Assembly (NCBI GenBank): GCA_049841115.1
Contig: JASGHQ010000008.1
Span: 1,073 to 65,072 of the forward strand
Direction: 5' to 3'
Length of the DNA stretch: 64,000 bases
Origin: Flavobacterium sp.
GTDB taxonomy: Bacteria; Bacteroidota; Bacteroidia; Flavobacteriales; Flavobacteriaceae
Position numbers and translations under genes: made by a program. Shown piece after piece: positions 9,604 to 19,542 of this stretch; the first letter of the stretch is position 1, and each line of letters opens with the position of its first letter. The notes below the pieces were generated by a model that saw nothing but the letters and a program-made list of their open reading frames with translations, was not told the DNA's origin and made no database searches.

Positions 9604-10548
9604 TTATTGATGGCTTTGCACATAATCTGACAATTCATCTACATTGTCGCTAAACGAAAAAATGCCGTTCAGCTTGAAATAATTCTTTGGCTCAATGCAA
9701 TAGCCATAAGCATATTTGGCAAAATCCAATTTATTTTCCTCAAAATTAAATGTGTTGGCAATTTGGATAATCTGGTCAACATTGAGGCAGTTGGCAGTAA
9801 TGACCTGCTTTGCTGTCTTCAGCCTGGTATCTTCAAAGCTTTGCTTTTTGATGGTTGCCAAGGCCGCATTGAAATTCCCTGAAGACATGCATGAATTCCC
9901 GCCACAGCCTCTAACCGGCTCAACATGGTTAACTGCAACGCTTCCTGAATGCGTAGTGGTGGTGGTCGTAGTTTGCGTTACGCTGCCATTCCCCATTCCG
10001 TCATTGATCGAAATTCCCATATTGATTCCGCCCACATTCATTCCTACTCCTACGCTTGTCCCGCCTGTTTGGGTAGTTGTAGTGGTTGTAGTAGTCTGCG
10101 ATCCTACCGGCTGGGCAATTACTACTTGCTGAGGAGCAGGCTGCCCGTAATGGACTACATGGACATTAGATGCCGGAACAAAATTAGGCTGGACTGGGAT
10201 TGATGAAAAATAATTCAGCTTCATCTTCGTCTTATTATTTTTATCCCTTTTGATTTTATAGGTAACATCGGAAAAAATACCGTCAACATCCGTTAACGAT
10301 AGGTTGTTTTTAGAAACATCCTGCAGCGTTTTGTCTTCAAACCTGATCTTGGCATTGTAATAAGGCTGGTTCAAATCCTCAACGCGGAGGTTGGTCTGCG
10401 GAACATCGTTGATCACTTCTCCATTTAGGATAAGGGTAAATTTATCTCCGTCTTCAGAGAAAATCGTCAGATGCCCGGCTGGGCCTAACTGTGCAAATGA
10501 CACTGCAGAAACTGCGAGCATCAGTACTAAAGTAATTTTTTTAATCAT
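9604..10548 (-). CDS. DUF4476 domain secreted protein with Thr-rich linker
   Basis: Signal peptide; C-terminal FEDTRLKTAKQ...CLNVDQI...FNFEENKLDFAKYAY...YFKLNGIFSFS typical of DUF4476. Confidence 0.8.
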   Translation of the reverse strand: MIKKITLVLMLAVSAVSFAQLGPAGHLTIFSEDGDKFTLILNGEVINDVPQTNLRVEDLNQPYYNAKIRFEDKTLQDVSKNNLSLTDVDGIFSDVTYKIKRDKNNKTKMKLNYFSSIPVQPNFVPASNVHVVHYGQPAPQQVVIAQPVGSQTTTTTTTTQTGGTSVGVGMNVGGINMGISINDGMGNGSVTQTTTTTTTHSGSVAVNHVEPVRGCGGNSCMSSGNFNAALATIKKQSFEDTRLKTAKQVITANCLNVDQIIQIANTFNFEENKLDFAKYAYGYCIEPKNYFKLNGIFSFSDNVDELSDYVQSHQ

Positions 10549-10580
10549 AAATAATCTGTTTGGTTTATTTTTATCTGTTT

Positions 10581-10596
10581 GGCAAAAACGGTGCCA
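10581..10596 (-). promoter_or_regulatory. Putative sigma-54 -24/-12 promoter (TGGCACCGTTTTTGCC)
   Basis: Exact GG-N10-GC spacing and near-consensus TGGCAC-N5-TTGC, 32 nt upstream of the DUF4476 start. Confidence 0.6.
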
Positions 10597-10669
10597 AATT
10601 AAAACTATTTTCCAAACAATAAAAAATTATTGAAAACAGTGTATCTTTAGGGTTTAAAAAAAGAATTTC

Positions 10670-12001
10670 ATGACCAACAGCTTACTTATTATAATTGCCT
10701 TGATATCAGGACTTGGCATTGGGATTTTTATTGGAAAATCATTATTTGCCGCCAATTCAAAATCGGAAAAAGCATCGCTTGAAGAAAAAATAAATGGCCT
10801 GCTGCAGCAAATTGAGCAATTCAAGAACCAATTAAACCAAACTGCACAGGAACGCGAAACCATCCGTACCGAAAAAGAAGCATTGGCAATCCAATTGTCC
10901 AAAAAAGAAGTCGATTTTGAAAACCTTTGGGAGCGCAATAAAGAACAAAAAGAAGAAGTAGAAAAGCTCCAGGAAAAATTTACTAAGGAATTTGAAAACC
11001 TTGCCAACAAAATCCTTGAGGAAAAGACCAGTAAATTTACCGAGCAGAACAAAGAAAACCTAAAGAATATCCTAACACCGCTTAACGAAAAAATCCAGCT
11101 TTTTGAAAAGAAAGTCGAAGACACGCACAAAGAAAGCATTGATTACCATGCCGCACTGCGCCAACAGATTTTAGGCCTGCGCGAAATGAACGAGCAGATG
11201 AGCAAAGAAACGCTCAATCTTACGAAAGCCTTAAAAGGCGACAGCAAAATGCAGGGAAATTGGGGCGAATTGGTTTTGGAGCGCGTTTTGGAAAAATCAG
11301 GTTTGGAAAAAGGGCGCGAATACGAAGTACAGCAAAGCTTTACTGCTGAAGACGGAAGCCGCGTTTTTCCTGATGTTGTGATCAATCTTCCCGATGGGAA
11401 GAAAATGGTGGTCGACTCTAAAGTAACGCTGACCGCCTACGAACGCTATGTAAATGAAGAAGATGAAAATGAAAAATTACAGTACCTCAAAGAGCATGTA
11501 ATGGCCATCAAAAGGCATGTGGATCAGTTGGGCAACAAAAATTACCACGATCTGTACCAGATGGAGAGCCCTGATTTTGTATTGCTTTTCATCCCGATCG
11601 AATCGGCATTTGCATTGGCACTGAACGAAGACACATCGCTTTACAACAAGGCATTTGAAAAGAATATCGTCATAGTGACACCTTCTACCCTTTTGGCAAC
11701 GCTTAGGACTATTGACAGCATGTGGACCAACCAGAAACAGCAGGAAAATGCATTGGAAATTGCGCGCCAGGCCGGGGCTTTGTATGATAAGTTCGAGGGC
11801 TTTGTCACTGATCTGGTAAAGATTGGCAAAAAAATGGATGAAGCCAAAGTAGAATATCAAGGTGCAATGAACAAGCTTGTCGAGGGCAAAGGAAATCTGG
11901 TCGTTAGTGCCGAAAAACTGAAGAAAATGGGCGCCAAAGCCAAAAAAGCATTACCTGAGAACATCCTTTTAAGAGCCAATACCGATGAGCAGCAATTTTA
12001 A
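10670..12001 (+). CDS. rmuC: DNA recombination protein RmuC
   Basis: N-terminal TM, coiled coil, GNWGELVLERVLE, PDVVINLP, VDSKVTL, PDFVLLFIPIE. Confidence 0.93.
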   Translation: MTNSLLIIIALISGLGIGIFIGKSLFAANSKSEKASLEEKINGLLQQIEQFKNQLNQTAQERETIRTEKEALAIQLSKKEVDFENLWERNKEQKEEVEKLQEKFTKEFENLANKILEEKTSKFTEQNKENLKNILTPLNEKIQLFEKKVEDTHKESIDYHAALRQQILGLREMNEQMSKETLNLTKALKGDSKMQGNWGELVLERVLEKSGLEKGREYEVQQSFTAEDGSRVFPDVVINLPDGKKMVVDSKVTLTAYERYVNEEDENEKLQYLKEHVMAIKRHVDQLGNKNYHDLYQMESPDFVLLFIPIESAFALALNEDTSLYNKAFEKNIVIVTPSTLLATLRTIDSMWTNQKQQENALEIARQAGALYDKFEGFVTDLVKIGKKMDEAKVEYQGAMNKLVEGKGNLVVSAEKLKKMGAKAKKALPENILLRANTDEQQF

Positions 12002-12533
12002 ATCAGTTTCCGATTCCAAAATCACCATATCCGAATTGATGCTGCCTTCGCACACCAATTTCAGCGGGAAAATCCATGGCGGCTATATTCTATCGTTACT
12101 GGATCAGATAGCTTTTGCCTGCGCTTCCAAATTTTCAGGTAATTACTGCGTTACGGCTTCTGTTGATACGGTTGATTTCCTGAACCCCATTGAGGTAGGT
12201 GAATTGGTCACAATGAAAGCCAGCGTGAATTATGTTGGAAAAAGCTCTATGATTATTGGCATTCGTGTTGAAGCCGAAAACATACAGACCGGAAATGTAA
12301 AGCATTGCAATTCAAGCTATTTTACGATGGTTGCCAAAGATATTGACGGCAATAACATTGAAGTTCCCGGATTGCTTTTATCCAATGATGAGGAAATCCG
12401 CAGGTTCCTCAATTGCATCAAGCAGATCAGCCTTAAAAAAGAACGAAGCCGGCATGAGGAAGTCTTCGACTATAAGTCGGATGCCGCCCTTGAAATGCTA
12501 AAGGCTTATCGTGTTAAATTGACAAACAATTAG
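11985..12533 (+). CDS. Acyl-CoA thioesterase (hotdog fold)
   Basis: HTNFSGKIHGGYIL, CVTASVDTVDFLNPIEVG. Confidence 0.9.
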   Translation: MSSNFKSVSDSKITISELMLPSHTNFSGKIHGGYILSLLDQIAFACASKFSGNYCVTASVDTVDFLNPIEVGELVTMKASVNYVGKSSMIIGIRVEAENIQTGNVKHCNSSYFTMVAKDIDGNNIEVPGLLLSNDEEIRRFLNCIKQISLKKERSRHEEVFDYKSDAALEMLKAYRVKLTNN

Positions 12534-12642
12534 AGATTTAATTAAGGAATTCTTATATTTTTTTACATTTCATAATGGGAATCAAATATTTAATCCATCA
12601 TAACGAAATATTTATTATTTTTGGTTGCGATTAAAAAAAACC

Positions 12643-14067
12643 ATGAAAAAAAATTACTTCCTCCTTCTCATTTTCGTTGTTTTTATTGGCCTTTTTGCGG
12701 CATGTTCGGACAACGACGATAACTACCAACCCATTGCCAATCCTCCTATTGCCATTGATGATACAGTAAACAGCACGATAACCGGCGTTGTTGCCATTCC
12801 TGTTTTGGCAAATGACACGGCCGGCGGTGTTCCTGTTGCTTCAACCATAAGCATTAAAAATGGTACGGACACCAATAGCGATGGAACCTTAGATCAGTTA
12901 ATCGTTCCTAATGAGGGAACCTGGAATGTAAATACGGCTACCGGCGAAATTACCTTCACGCCAACACCAACATTTACAGGAAACCCAACACAAATTACCT
13001 ATACCGTTAAAAATGCCAACGGCGAAATTTCTAACGAAGCCATTGTAACTATCAATGCAACACCAATTGTAAATGGCGATCTGGCTGCAGTGCCTTTCGC
13101 AAAATTGTCTGATTTTCATTTCTTCATTGGCGATATCAAAAACCTGATTCCTTCAATGAATGTAATTCCGTATGAGCCGGCAAGTGGCTTGTTTACAGAT
13201 TATGCCTTGAAAAAAAGGTTCATCTGGATGCCTTCCGATGTAAAAGCAACTTATGTTGCCGACAATAAAGCCCTTGAATTCCCTGTCGGGACAATTTTGA
13301 TTAAGAACTTTTATTACAATACCGTACAACCGGGGAATACTACTAAAATCATAGAAACCAGGCTAATGGTCAGGAGATCGGACAGATGGTATTTTTATGA
13401 GTACATCTGGAATGATGCCCAAACGGATGCCGACCTGGTTACAGGAAACAACTTTGTTAATGGCGATACCAAATATTTTACGTTCACCAAACCAAATGGT
13501 GAAGTTATCAATGAAGAATACAGGATTCCGTCTGAGGCAGAATGCCATGCCTGCCACAAAATCAACGAAATCCGCGTACCTATCGGCGTAAAACCACAAA
13601 ACATCAATTTCAATTACACTTACAACGATGGTGTCAGCAAAAATCAATTACAGAAATTAGTAGACCAGGGTTACCTGCAAAGTTATCCTTCGAATATCGT
13701 TTCTACTGTGGATTACCACGATACGACAAAACCTTTGGATTTGCGGTTCCGATCCTACGTAGATGCGAACTGTGCGCATTGCCATCAGGATTTGGGCCGT
13801 TGTGATTACCGTGCATTGCGTTTCAATTTTGGCGAAACAACAGATCCTTCGAAGATGGGGGTTTGCGTACAGGCCGATGAAACTATCAGCCCGACATTGC
13901 AAAAGCTTATAACTCCGGGGAATTACAACAAATCCATTTTGCATTACAGACTGGATACCAATGATGAAAGCGAAAGAATGCCTTTATTAGGAAGGACCAT
14001 TATCCATGATGAGGGAATAGCACTGGTAAGAGAGTACATTTCATCATTGACACAAACCTGCAACTAA
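12643..14067 (+). CDS. Diheme c-type cytochrome lipoprotein (SO2930/HNE_0200-like) with an N-terminal Ig-like repeat
   Basis: Lipobox FAAC; LFTDYALKKRFIW, FPVGT.LIKNFYY, IETRLM; two CXXCH motifs (CHACH 13543-13557, CAHCH 13771-13785); RMPLLGR. Start taken at ATG 12643. Confidence 0.82.
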   Translation: MKKNYFLLLIFVVFIGLFAACSDNDDNYQPIANPPIAIDDTVNSTITGVVAIPVLANDTAGGVPVASTISIKNGTDTNSDGTLDQLIVPNEGTWNVNTATGEITFTPTPTFTGNPTQITYTVKNANGEISNEAIVTINATPIVNGDLAAVPFAKLSDFHFFIGDIKNLIPSMNVIPYEPASGLFTDYALKKRFIWMPSDVKATYVADNKALEFPVGTILIKNFYYNTVQPGNTTKIIETRLMVRRSDRWYFYEYIWNDAQTDADLVTGNNFVNGDTKYFTFTKPNGEVINEEYRIPSEAECHACHKINEIRVPIGVKPQNINFNYTYNDGVSKNQLQKLVDQGYLQSYPSNIVSTVDYHDTTKPLDLRFRSYVDANCAHCHQDLGRCDYRALRFNFGETTDPSKMGVCVQADETISPTLQKLITPGNYNKSILHYRLDTNDESERMPLLGRTIIHDEGIALVREYISSLTQTCN

Positions 14068-14101
14068 CACGCTAAATAACTAATTAACAACAACCAACAC
14101 C

Positions 14102-16141
14102 ATGAAAAAAACTATACTTCTAACCCTTTTGCTTTTCAGCATTTCATTGGCTGTGGCGCAAAATAACTGTAGCAATGCACTGCCCGTTTTAATTGGGTCT
14201 ACAACAACGGCACCAGCCTATAACAATGAAAACGGAACGCCTCCAACTACTTTATGCGGCATGATCAATGGTGCTGCAAACAAAGGAAAATGGTACAAAT
14301 ATGTTGCAACACAAACAGCCACAGTAATTGTCTCCACTCTTTTGGCACAAAACAACAATGCCGATACCCGCCTATATGTTTACTCGGGAGATTGCAGTGC
14401 ACTGACCTGCATTGCTGCCAATGATGATTATAGTGAGACTAATTCGTCGCAGGTTTCATTTACAGCCTTTGCAGGAACAACGTACATCATTGCATTTGAC
14501 AACCGATACAGCAGTGCCGGTTTCGACTTTACTGTTATGTACGCTCCACCACCAGCACCGGACAGATTATCATTTACATCTACTTTGGTCAATGGCATTA
14601 GCGGTACATACAACAACTGCATAGTAGACATGAATGGTGATTACCTGGATGATATTGTGTCAGCTGTAAGTGCAACACAATTGATCATTACCTACCAGGG
14701 CGATAATGCTACGTTTTCTACAACATCCTACCCGCTTATCAGTACAGTAGTAATGCCGTCATGGAGTATCGCTGCGGGTGATTACAATAATGACGGATAC
14801 AATGACCTGATTTATGGGTCGGGAAGCGGAGTAGCATTTGTAAAGTCGAACGGAGAAGGGACAGGTTATACTACTGATAGAAAACCCGAATCGTATTTGG
14901 TGCAAAGGACCAATTTTGTTGATCTTAATAATGATGGAAAGCTGGATGCTTTTGCCTGCGATGACAATGCGCCAAATCGATTTTACATGAACGACGGAAC
15001 AGCAATGAACCATCAGCAGGGAGGCATCGGTGACTTTCCGACCGGTGGCAATTATGCATCAACCTGGACCGATTACAATAACGATGGAAAGATTGACATG
15101 GTGCTTGCAAAATGTGGGCAGGGTGGCTCTGGCGCCGGTGGAAACATTGACCAGTTATTCAAAAACAATGGCGACGGCACCTATACAGACGTAGCCGCTG
15201 CAGCCAATATGGCCGCCCCGGAACAAAGCTGGTCCTGCGCTGTTGGGGATTTCAACAATGACGGATGGATGGATGTCATCCAGGGCGTAAATTCGATTTC
15301 GGATGGAAATACTAAAGTAAAAAAGAACAATGGTGATGGTACTTTTTCAAACGTTACCCCGGGTTCTGGTTATGATACCATTATAGCTGTAGGAAGGGAA
15401 TTTGTGGCGCAGGATTTTGACAACGACGGTTTCCTTGATGTATTAGGGGCAGGCAGCACCATTATGTTTGGCGATGGGAATTTTCATTTTACGCCAAATC
15501 CAAACCAATATCCTCTATCAACTGTGGACAGGCCAATTGGCGATTTAAATAATGATGGCTTCCTGGATATCCAAAACGGGAATTATGTTTTATTCAACAA
15601 TGGCAATTCCAACAAATGGCTGAATGTTAACTTACGCGGGGTAACAAGCAACAGAAACGGAATTGGCGCAAGAATTGAAATTTATGGTGCCTGGGGCAAA
15701 CAGATAAGGGATGTGCAAAGCGGAACAGGTTTCCAAAACATGAGCACGCTTACTGCCCATTTCGGGATTGGGCAGGCAACTGCCATTAGCCAGGTCATCA
15801 TCAGATGGCCATCAGGAACGGTGGATATTTTAAACAATGTTACGCCTAATCAAAGGATTGTTGTGGTTGAAGGCTCATCATTGGCAGTAGATTCTGCCAA
15901 TAGCGGACTGGTTTCACTGTATCCAAATCCGGCTAAACATGTGGTCAGCATCCAACTGAAAAACAATTCCGGCCTGACATTAAAATCGGCCTTGATTTAT
16001 GACCTGACCGGTAAGGTGGTGCTGTCAACAGACCAGGTTAGCCAGCCTATCAATGTCGAGAAATTAGCGGCAGGAACTTACATCCTGTCGGTTACCGATA
16101 CAGAAAACAAAAGCTATCCGCAGAAATTTATAAAAGAGTAA
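14102..16141 (+). CDS. FG-GAP repeat / ASPIC-UnbV (CRTAC1-like) protein with T9SS type A sorting domain
   Basis: Multiple D-x-N-x-DG-x-x-D repeats, GIGARIEIY...HFGIGQ...IRWPSG ASPIC/UnbV motif, YPNPAK...KFIKE CTD. Confidence 0.88.
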   Translation: MKKTILLTLLLFSISLAVAQNNCSNALPVLIGSTTTAPAYNNENGTPPTTLCGMINGAANKGKWYKYVATQTATVIVSTLLAQNNNADTRLYVYSGDCSALTCIAANDDYSETNSSQVSFTAFAGTTYIIAFDNRYSSAGFDFTVMYAPPPAPDRLSFTSTLVNGISGTYNNCIVDMNGDYLDDIVSAVSATQLIITYQGDNATFSTTSYPLISTVVMPSWSIAAGDYNNDGYNDLIYGSGSGVAFVKSNGEGTGYTTDRKPESYLVQRTNFVDLNNDGKLDAFACDDNAPNRFYMNDGTAMNHQQGGIGDFPTGGNYASTWTDYNNDGKIDMVLAKCGQGGSGAGGNIDQLFKNNGDGTYTDVAAAANMAAPEQSWSCAVGDFNNDGWMDVIQGVNSISDGNTKVKKNNGDGTFSNVTPGSGYDTIIAVGREFVAQDFDNDGFLDVLGAGSTIMFGDGNFHFTPNPNQYPLSTVDRPIGDLNNDGFLDIQNGNYVLFNNGNSNKWLNVNLRGVTSNRNGIGARIEIYGAWGKQIRDVQSGTGFQNMSTLTAHFGIGQATAISQVIIRWPSGTVDILNNVTPNQRIVVVEGSSLAVDSANSGLVSLYPNPAKHVVSIQLKNNSGLTLKSALIYDLTGKVVLSTDQVSQPINVEKLAAGTYILSVTDTENKSYPQKFIKE

Positions 16142-16153
16142 TAAATCAATCAT

Positions 16154-16180
16154 AAAGCGCCCGGTCTGGGCGCTTTTTTT
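16154..16180 (+). terminator. Rho-independent terminator
   Basis: AAAGCGCCC-ggtct-GGGCGCTTT followed by a T run. Confidence 0.8.
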
Positions 16181-16289
16181 ATAGCATTGCTTTATTTATT
16201 TCAGACAAGCATCCGACTGATATTTAAACTGTTAATGTTTAAAAAATCCTGAAATAATCACTATATTTGGACTGCATTTCAAAAATTTT

Positions 16290-17417
16290 ATGAGGAAATA
16301 TTACTATCTGTGCCTGACGGTTTTTTTATCATTTATTATTTTTCTTTCCTGTTCAGACAAAGATGAGTACATGCCTGTTTCACCGGTTATGGTCGATTTA
16401 ACACAAGTACCTTATCCCAAATTATCCGACTATAAATTCTTTGAAGGCGAAATGAAGAACCAGGTTCCGGCCCTCAATGTACTGCCTTATGAACCTGCTT
16501 CATCCCTGTTCTCTGATTATGCACACAAGAAGAGGTTTGTTTGGATGCCGCCGGGAACAAAAGCAACCTATTCTGCGGATAATAAGGTTTTGGAACTGCC
16601 AGTTGGGGCTGCTTTGATTAAAACATTTTACTACGAAAATGTGCAGAACAGCACTCCCGTTGGAGGAAAAAGGATAATCGAAACACGCGTTATGATAAAA
16701 AAAACTACAGGTTGGATATTTGCCGAATATGTCTGGAATACCGAACAGACAGAAGCTTATTTTGACATGGCAGGAAGCTTTACCCCAATTTCGTGGAAGG
16801 ACGAAAACAACGTAATCAAAAGCACCAATTACAGAATACCGACAGAAGTACAATGTGTCATCTGCCACAAAAACAAAGAAATTGACGGAACTACAGAAAC
16901 AGTAACCTATATACCTATCGGCGTGAAGCCTCAAAACCTGAACTTTAGCTATAATTATGGCACCCAAACCAAAAACCAGCTTTCTAAATGGATTGAAGTT
17001 GGTTATCTTGACAGTAATTTTTCGCTGCCTTCAGCCGAAAATACCGTAATTAATTACAATGACACTTCCCAGCCTTTAGAATTAAGGGTGCGTTCCTATC
17101 TGGACAGCAATTGCTCCCATTGCCATGCCCCAAACCGGCATTGCGATTACAGGCCGATGCGTTTTCCGTTTAGTGAAACCGGCGGACCAAATGGCAGGAC
17201 CAATATGGGTGTTTGCGTTGACACCGAAGATTTCAGCTTTGCACCGGCACTAACAAAAATCATAAAACCGGGAAGCACCAACCGGTCCATGCTTTTCTAC
17301 AGGATCAATACCATTGACGAATCTTTCAGGATGCCATTGCACGGCAGGACGGTATTGCACGAGGAAGGCGTAGCAATGATAGAACAATGGATCAATTCGC
17401 TACCGGATTGTCCATAA
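16290..17417 (+). CDS. Diheme c-type cytochrome lipoprotein (second copy, no Ig-like repeat)
   Basis: Lipobox FLSC; LFSDYAHKKRFVW, IETRVM; CVICH (16854-16868) and CSHCH (17112-17126); RMPLHGR; own TATATTTG element at 16262-16269. Confidence 0.82.
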   Translation: MRKYYYLCLTVFLSFIIFLSCSDKDEYMPVSPVMVDLTQVPYPKLSDYKFFEGEMKNQVPALNVLPYEPASSLFSDYAHKKRFVWMPPGTKATYSADNKVLELPVGAALIKTFYYENVQNSTPVGGKRIIETRVMIKKTTGWIFAEYVWNTEQTEAYFDMAGSFTPISWKDENNVIKSTNYRIPTEVQCVICHKNKEIDGTTETVTYIPIGVKPQNLNFSYNYGTQTKNQLSKWIEVGYLDSNFSLPSAENTVINYNDTSQPLELRVRSYLDSNCSHCHAPNRHCDYRPMRFPFSETGGPNGRTNMGVCVDTEDFSFAPALTKIIKPGSTNRSMLFYRINTIDESFRMPLHGRTVLHEEGVAMIEQWINSLPDCP

Positions 17418-17466
17418 TAAAAACAACAGACCATTAACTAAAACAACCCAATAAAAACAACAAAAG

Positions 17467-19527
17467 ATGAAAAAAACTACGCTACTCCTTCTACTGCTCC
17501 TTCTCGCGCAGTTTACCTATTCCCAGGATACCTGCGGCGCTCCGACGGTAATCCCGGGTCCCGGAATTTATACAGTGGGTGTAATCAACGGAGCATTGAC
17601 TACTGTTATCTGTGCTGCTAATGGCGCCAACGACCAGGTCAATCCTGCCGCCGAATGGTACATCTATACGCCAACAGCAAACCATACCGTAACCATATCC
17701 ACGGATATAGCGGCAAACACGCCAAGGAAAGATACCAGGCTCCACATTTATACGGGAACCTGTGGTACATTAACTTGTTACGCTGGCGATGACGATAGCG
17801 GCTCTAACTTATCGTCTGTTGCAGTTTTCAATGTAACAGCAGGTACGCCCTACATCATTGCGTTTGATAACAAATGGCTGAGCGCTGCACAAAATACAGG
17901 CTTCAGTTTTCAGTTGACAGAAGCCCCGGTTGTAGTTCCTCCTCCGGCGCCAATTACCTATACAACCCAAAACATCAGCACTGTTAACAGTGCTTACAAT
18001 ATTTGCGTTGTTGACATGAACGGTGATCATAAGGATGATATTGCCGGAGTAAGCGGCAATAACCTGAAAGTGCATTACCAGGGCACAGGCGGAACATTTA
18101 CCATTGTCAATTATCCGATATCAGGAACAAGCGAAATGCCGTCCTGGAGCATGGCTGCAGGCGACTATAACAGGGATGGCCAAACTGATGTGATTTTGGG
18201 AAGCAGCTCTGGCTTATCGATATGGAAATCAAACGGAAGCACCGGGTACAGCAACATTACGCCAGGCGATTATATATTCTGCCAAAGGACCAATTTTGCA
18301 GATCTGAACAATGACGGGAACCTGGATCTTTTTTCGTGCCACGATATTGCGCCCAACTGTTATTACCTGAATGCCGGAGCACCTAATTACGGCCTGGCAT
18401 TTTACCAATCCAACATGACTCCGGGTGCAATGAAATTTGGTGTTGGCGGTGGAAATTACTCTACTTTGTTCACCGATTTTGACAACGATGGCGATACGGA
18501 TGTCTTTATTTCAAAATGTTCGGGGCCACCTTGTGAATTGCACCGAAATGACGGGCACGGGGTTTATACCGACATTTCAGCCATTGCCGGAATCAACGTT
18601 ACTCCCATCCAAACCTGGTCATCGGCTGTAGGGGATTTTGATAATGATGGCGATATGGACATCATCATCACGGCGAGCTCTGGCCTGCATCACTATTTTA
18701 GGAATAACCTTGATACCACAAACAATGCTGGGGCAGTATTTACGGATATCACCGGAGGATCGGGATGGGATACCAACACTTCCATCAGCATTGACAATGT
18801 AACGTACGACTTTGACAATGACGGCTACCTTGATGTATTGGGTGGCGGAAGCAAAATCATGTTCAACCGGCACGACGGCACATTTAGCCCGGTAAGCTAT
18901 AGCGGCATTGCCGTTGGTGCTATCGGCGATTTGAACAATGACGGCTTCCTGGACATTTTAAACGGAAACACAATCCGTTATGCGGTTCCCAACTCCAACA
19001 AATGGCTGAAAGTTGCCTTACAGGGAATCCAGAGCAATATTAACGGCATCGGTGCCCGCGTTGAAATTTATGGTGCCTGGGGCAAACAAATCAGGGACAT
19101 CCGAAGCGGGGAAGGATTCAAATACATGAATTCGCTGAATGCCCATTTTGGGCTTGGCCAGGCCTCCACAGTAGACCAGGTTGTCATCAGATGGCCGTCG
19201 GGAGTTGTGGATACTTATACCAATGTTACGCCAAATCAAATGCTTGTGGTTGTTGAAGGCGCTACTTTGGCTGTTAATTCATTTGATAACAGCCTATTTT
19301 CAGTATTTCCAAATCCGGCTAAAAACGTAGTGAACATCCAGCTTAAAAACAATGTCGGCATTACATTGCAATCAGCAGCTGTTTATGATTTGACGGGAAA
19401 AATAGTTTTGGCTACAACTGATCTGGTACAGCCAATCAATATCGAAAAGCTGTCAGCCGGAACGTACCTGCTGTCAATTACAGACTCGAACAACAAGCAT
19501 TACGGCCAAAAATTCATCAAGGAATAA
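17467..19527 (+). CDS. FG-GAP repeat / ASPIC-UnbV protein with T9SS type A sorting domain (second copy)
   Basis: Same architecture as 14102-16141; 28-nt identity between 15675-15702 and 19061-19088. Confidence 0.88.
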   Translation: MKKTTLLLLLLLLAQFTYSQDTCGAPTVIPGPGIYTVGVINGALTTVICAANGANDQVNPAAEWYIYTPTANHTVTISTDIAANTPRKDTRLHIYTGTCGTLTCYAGDDDSGSNLSSVAVFNVTAGTPYIIAFDNKWLSAAQNTGFSFQLTEAPVVVPPPAPITYTTQNISTVNSAYNICVVDMNGDHKDDIAGVSGNNLKVHYQGTGGTFTIVNYPISGTSEMPSWSMAAGDYNRDGQTDVILGSSSGLSIWKSNGSTGYSNITPGDYIFCQRTNFADLNNDGNLDLFSCHDIAPNCYYLNAGAPNYGLAFYQSNMTPGAMKFGVGGGNYSTLFTDFDNDGDTDVFISKCSGPPCELHRNDGHGVYTDISAIAGINVTPIQTWSSAVGDFDNDGDMDIIITASSGLHHYFRNNLDTTNNAGAVFTDITGGSGWDTNTSISIDNVTYDFDNDGYLDVLGGGSKIMFNRHDGTFSPVSYSGIAVGAIGDLNNDGFLDILNGNTIRYAVPNSNKWLKVALQGIQSNINGIGARVEIYGAWGKQIRDIRSGEGFKYMNSLNAHFGLGQASTVDQVVIRWPSGVVDTYTNVTPNQMLVVVEGATLAVNSFDNSLFSVFPNPAKNVVNIQLKNNVGITLQSAAVYDLTGKIVLATTDLVQPINIEKLSAGTYLLSITDSNNKHYGQKFIKE

Positions 19528-19542
19528 TCCAATACAATAAAT

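Noticed and set aside
9940-10100. Thr-codon repeats as a CRISPR array or contingency microsatellite
   Set aside because: In-frame, mixed-codon low-complexity coding sequence without repeat-spacer periodicity
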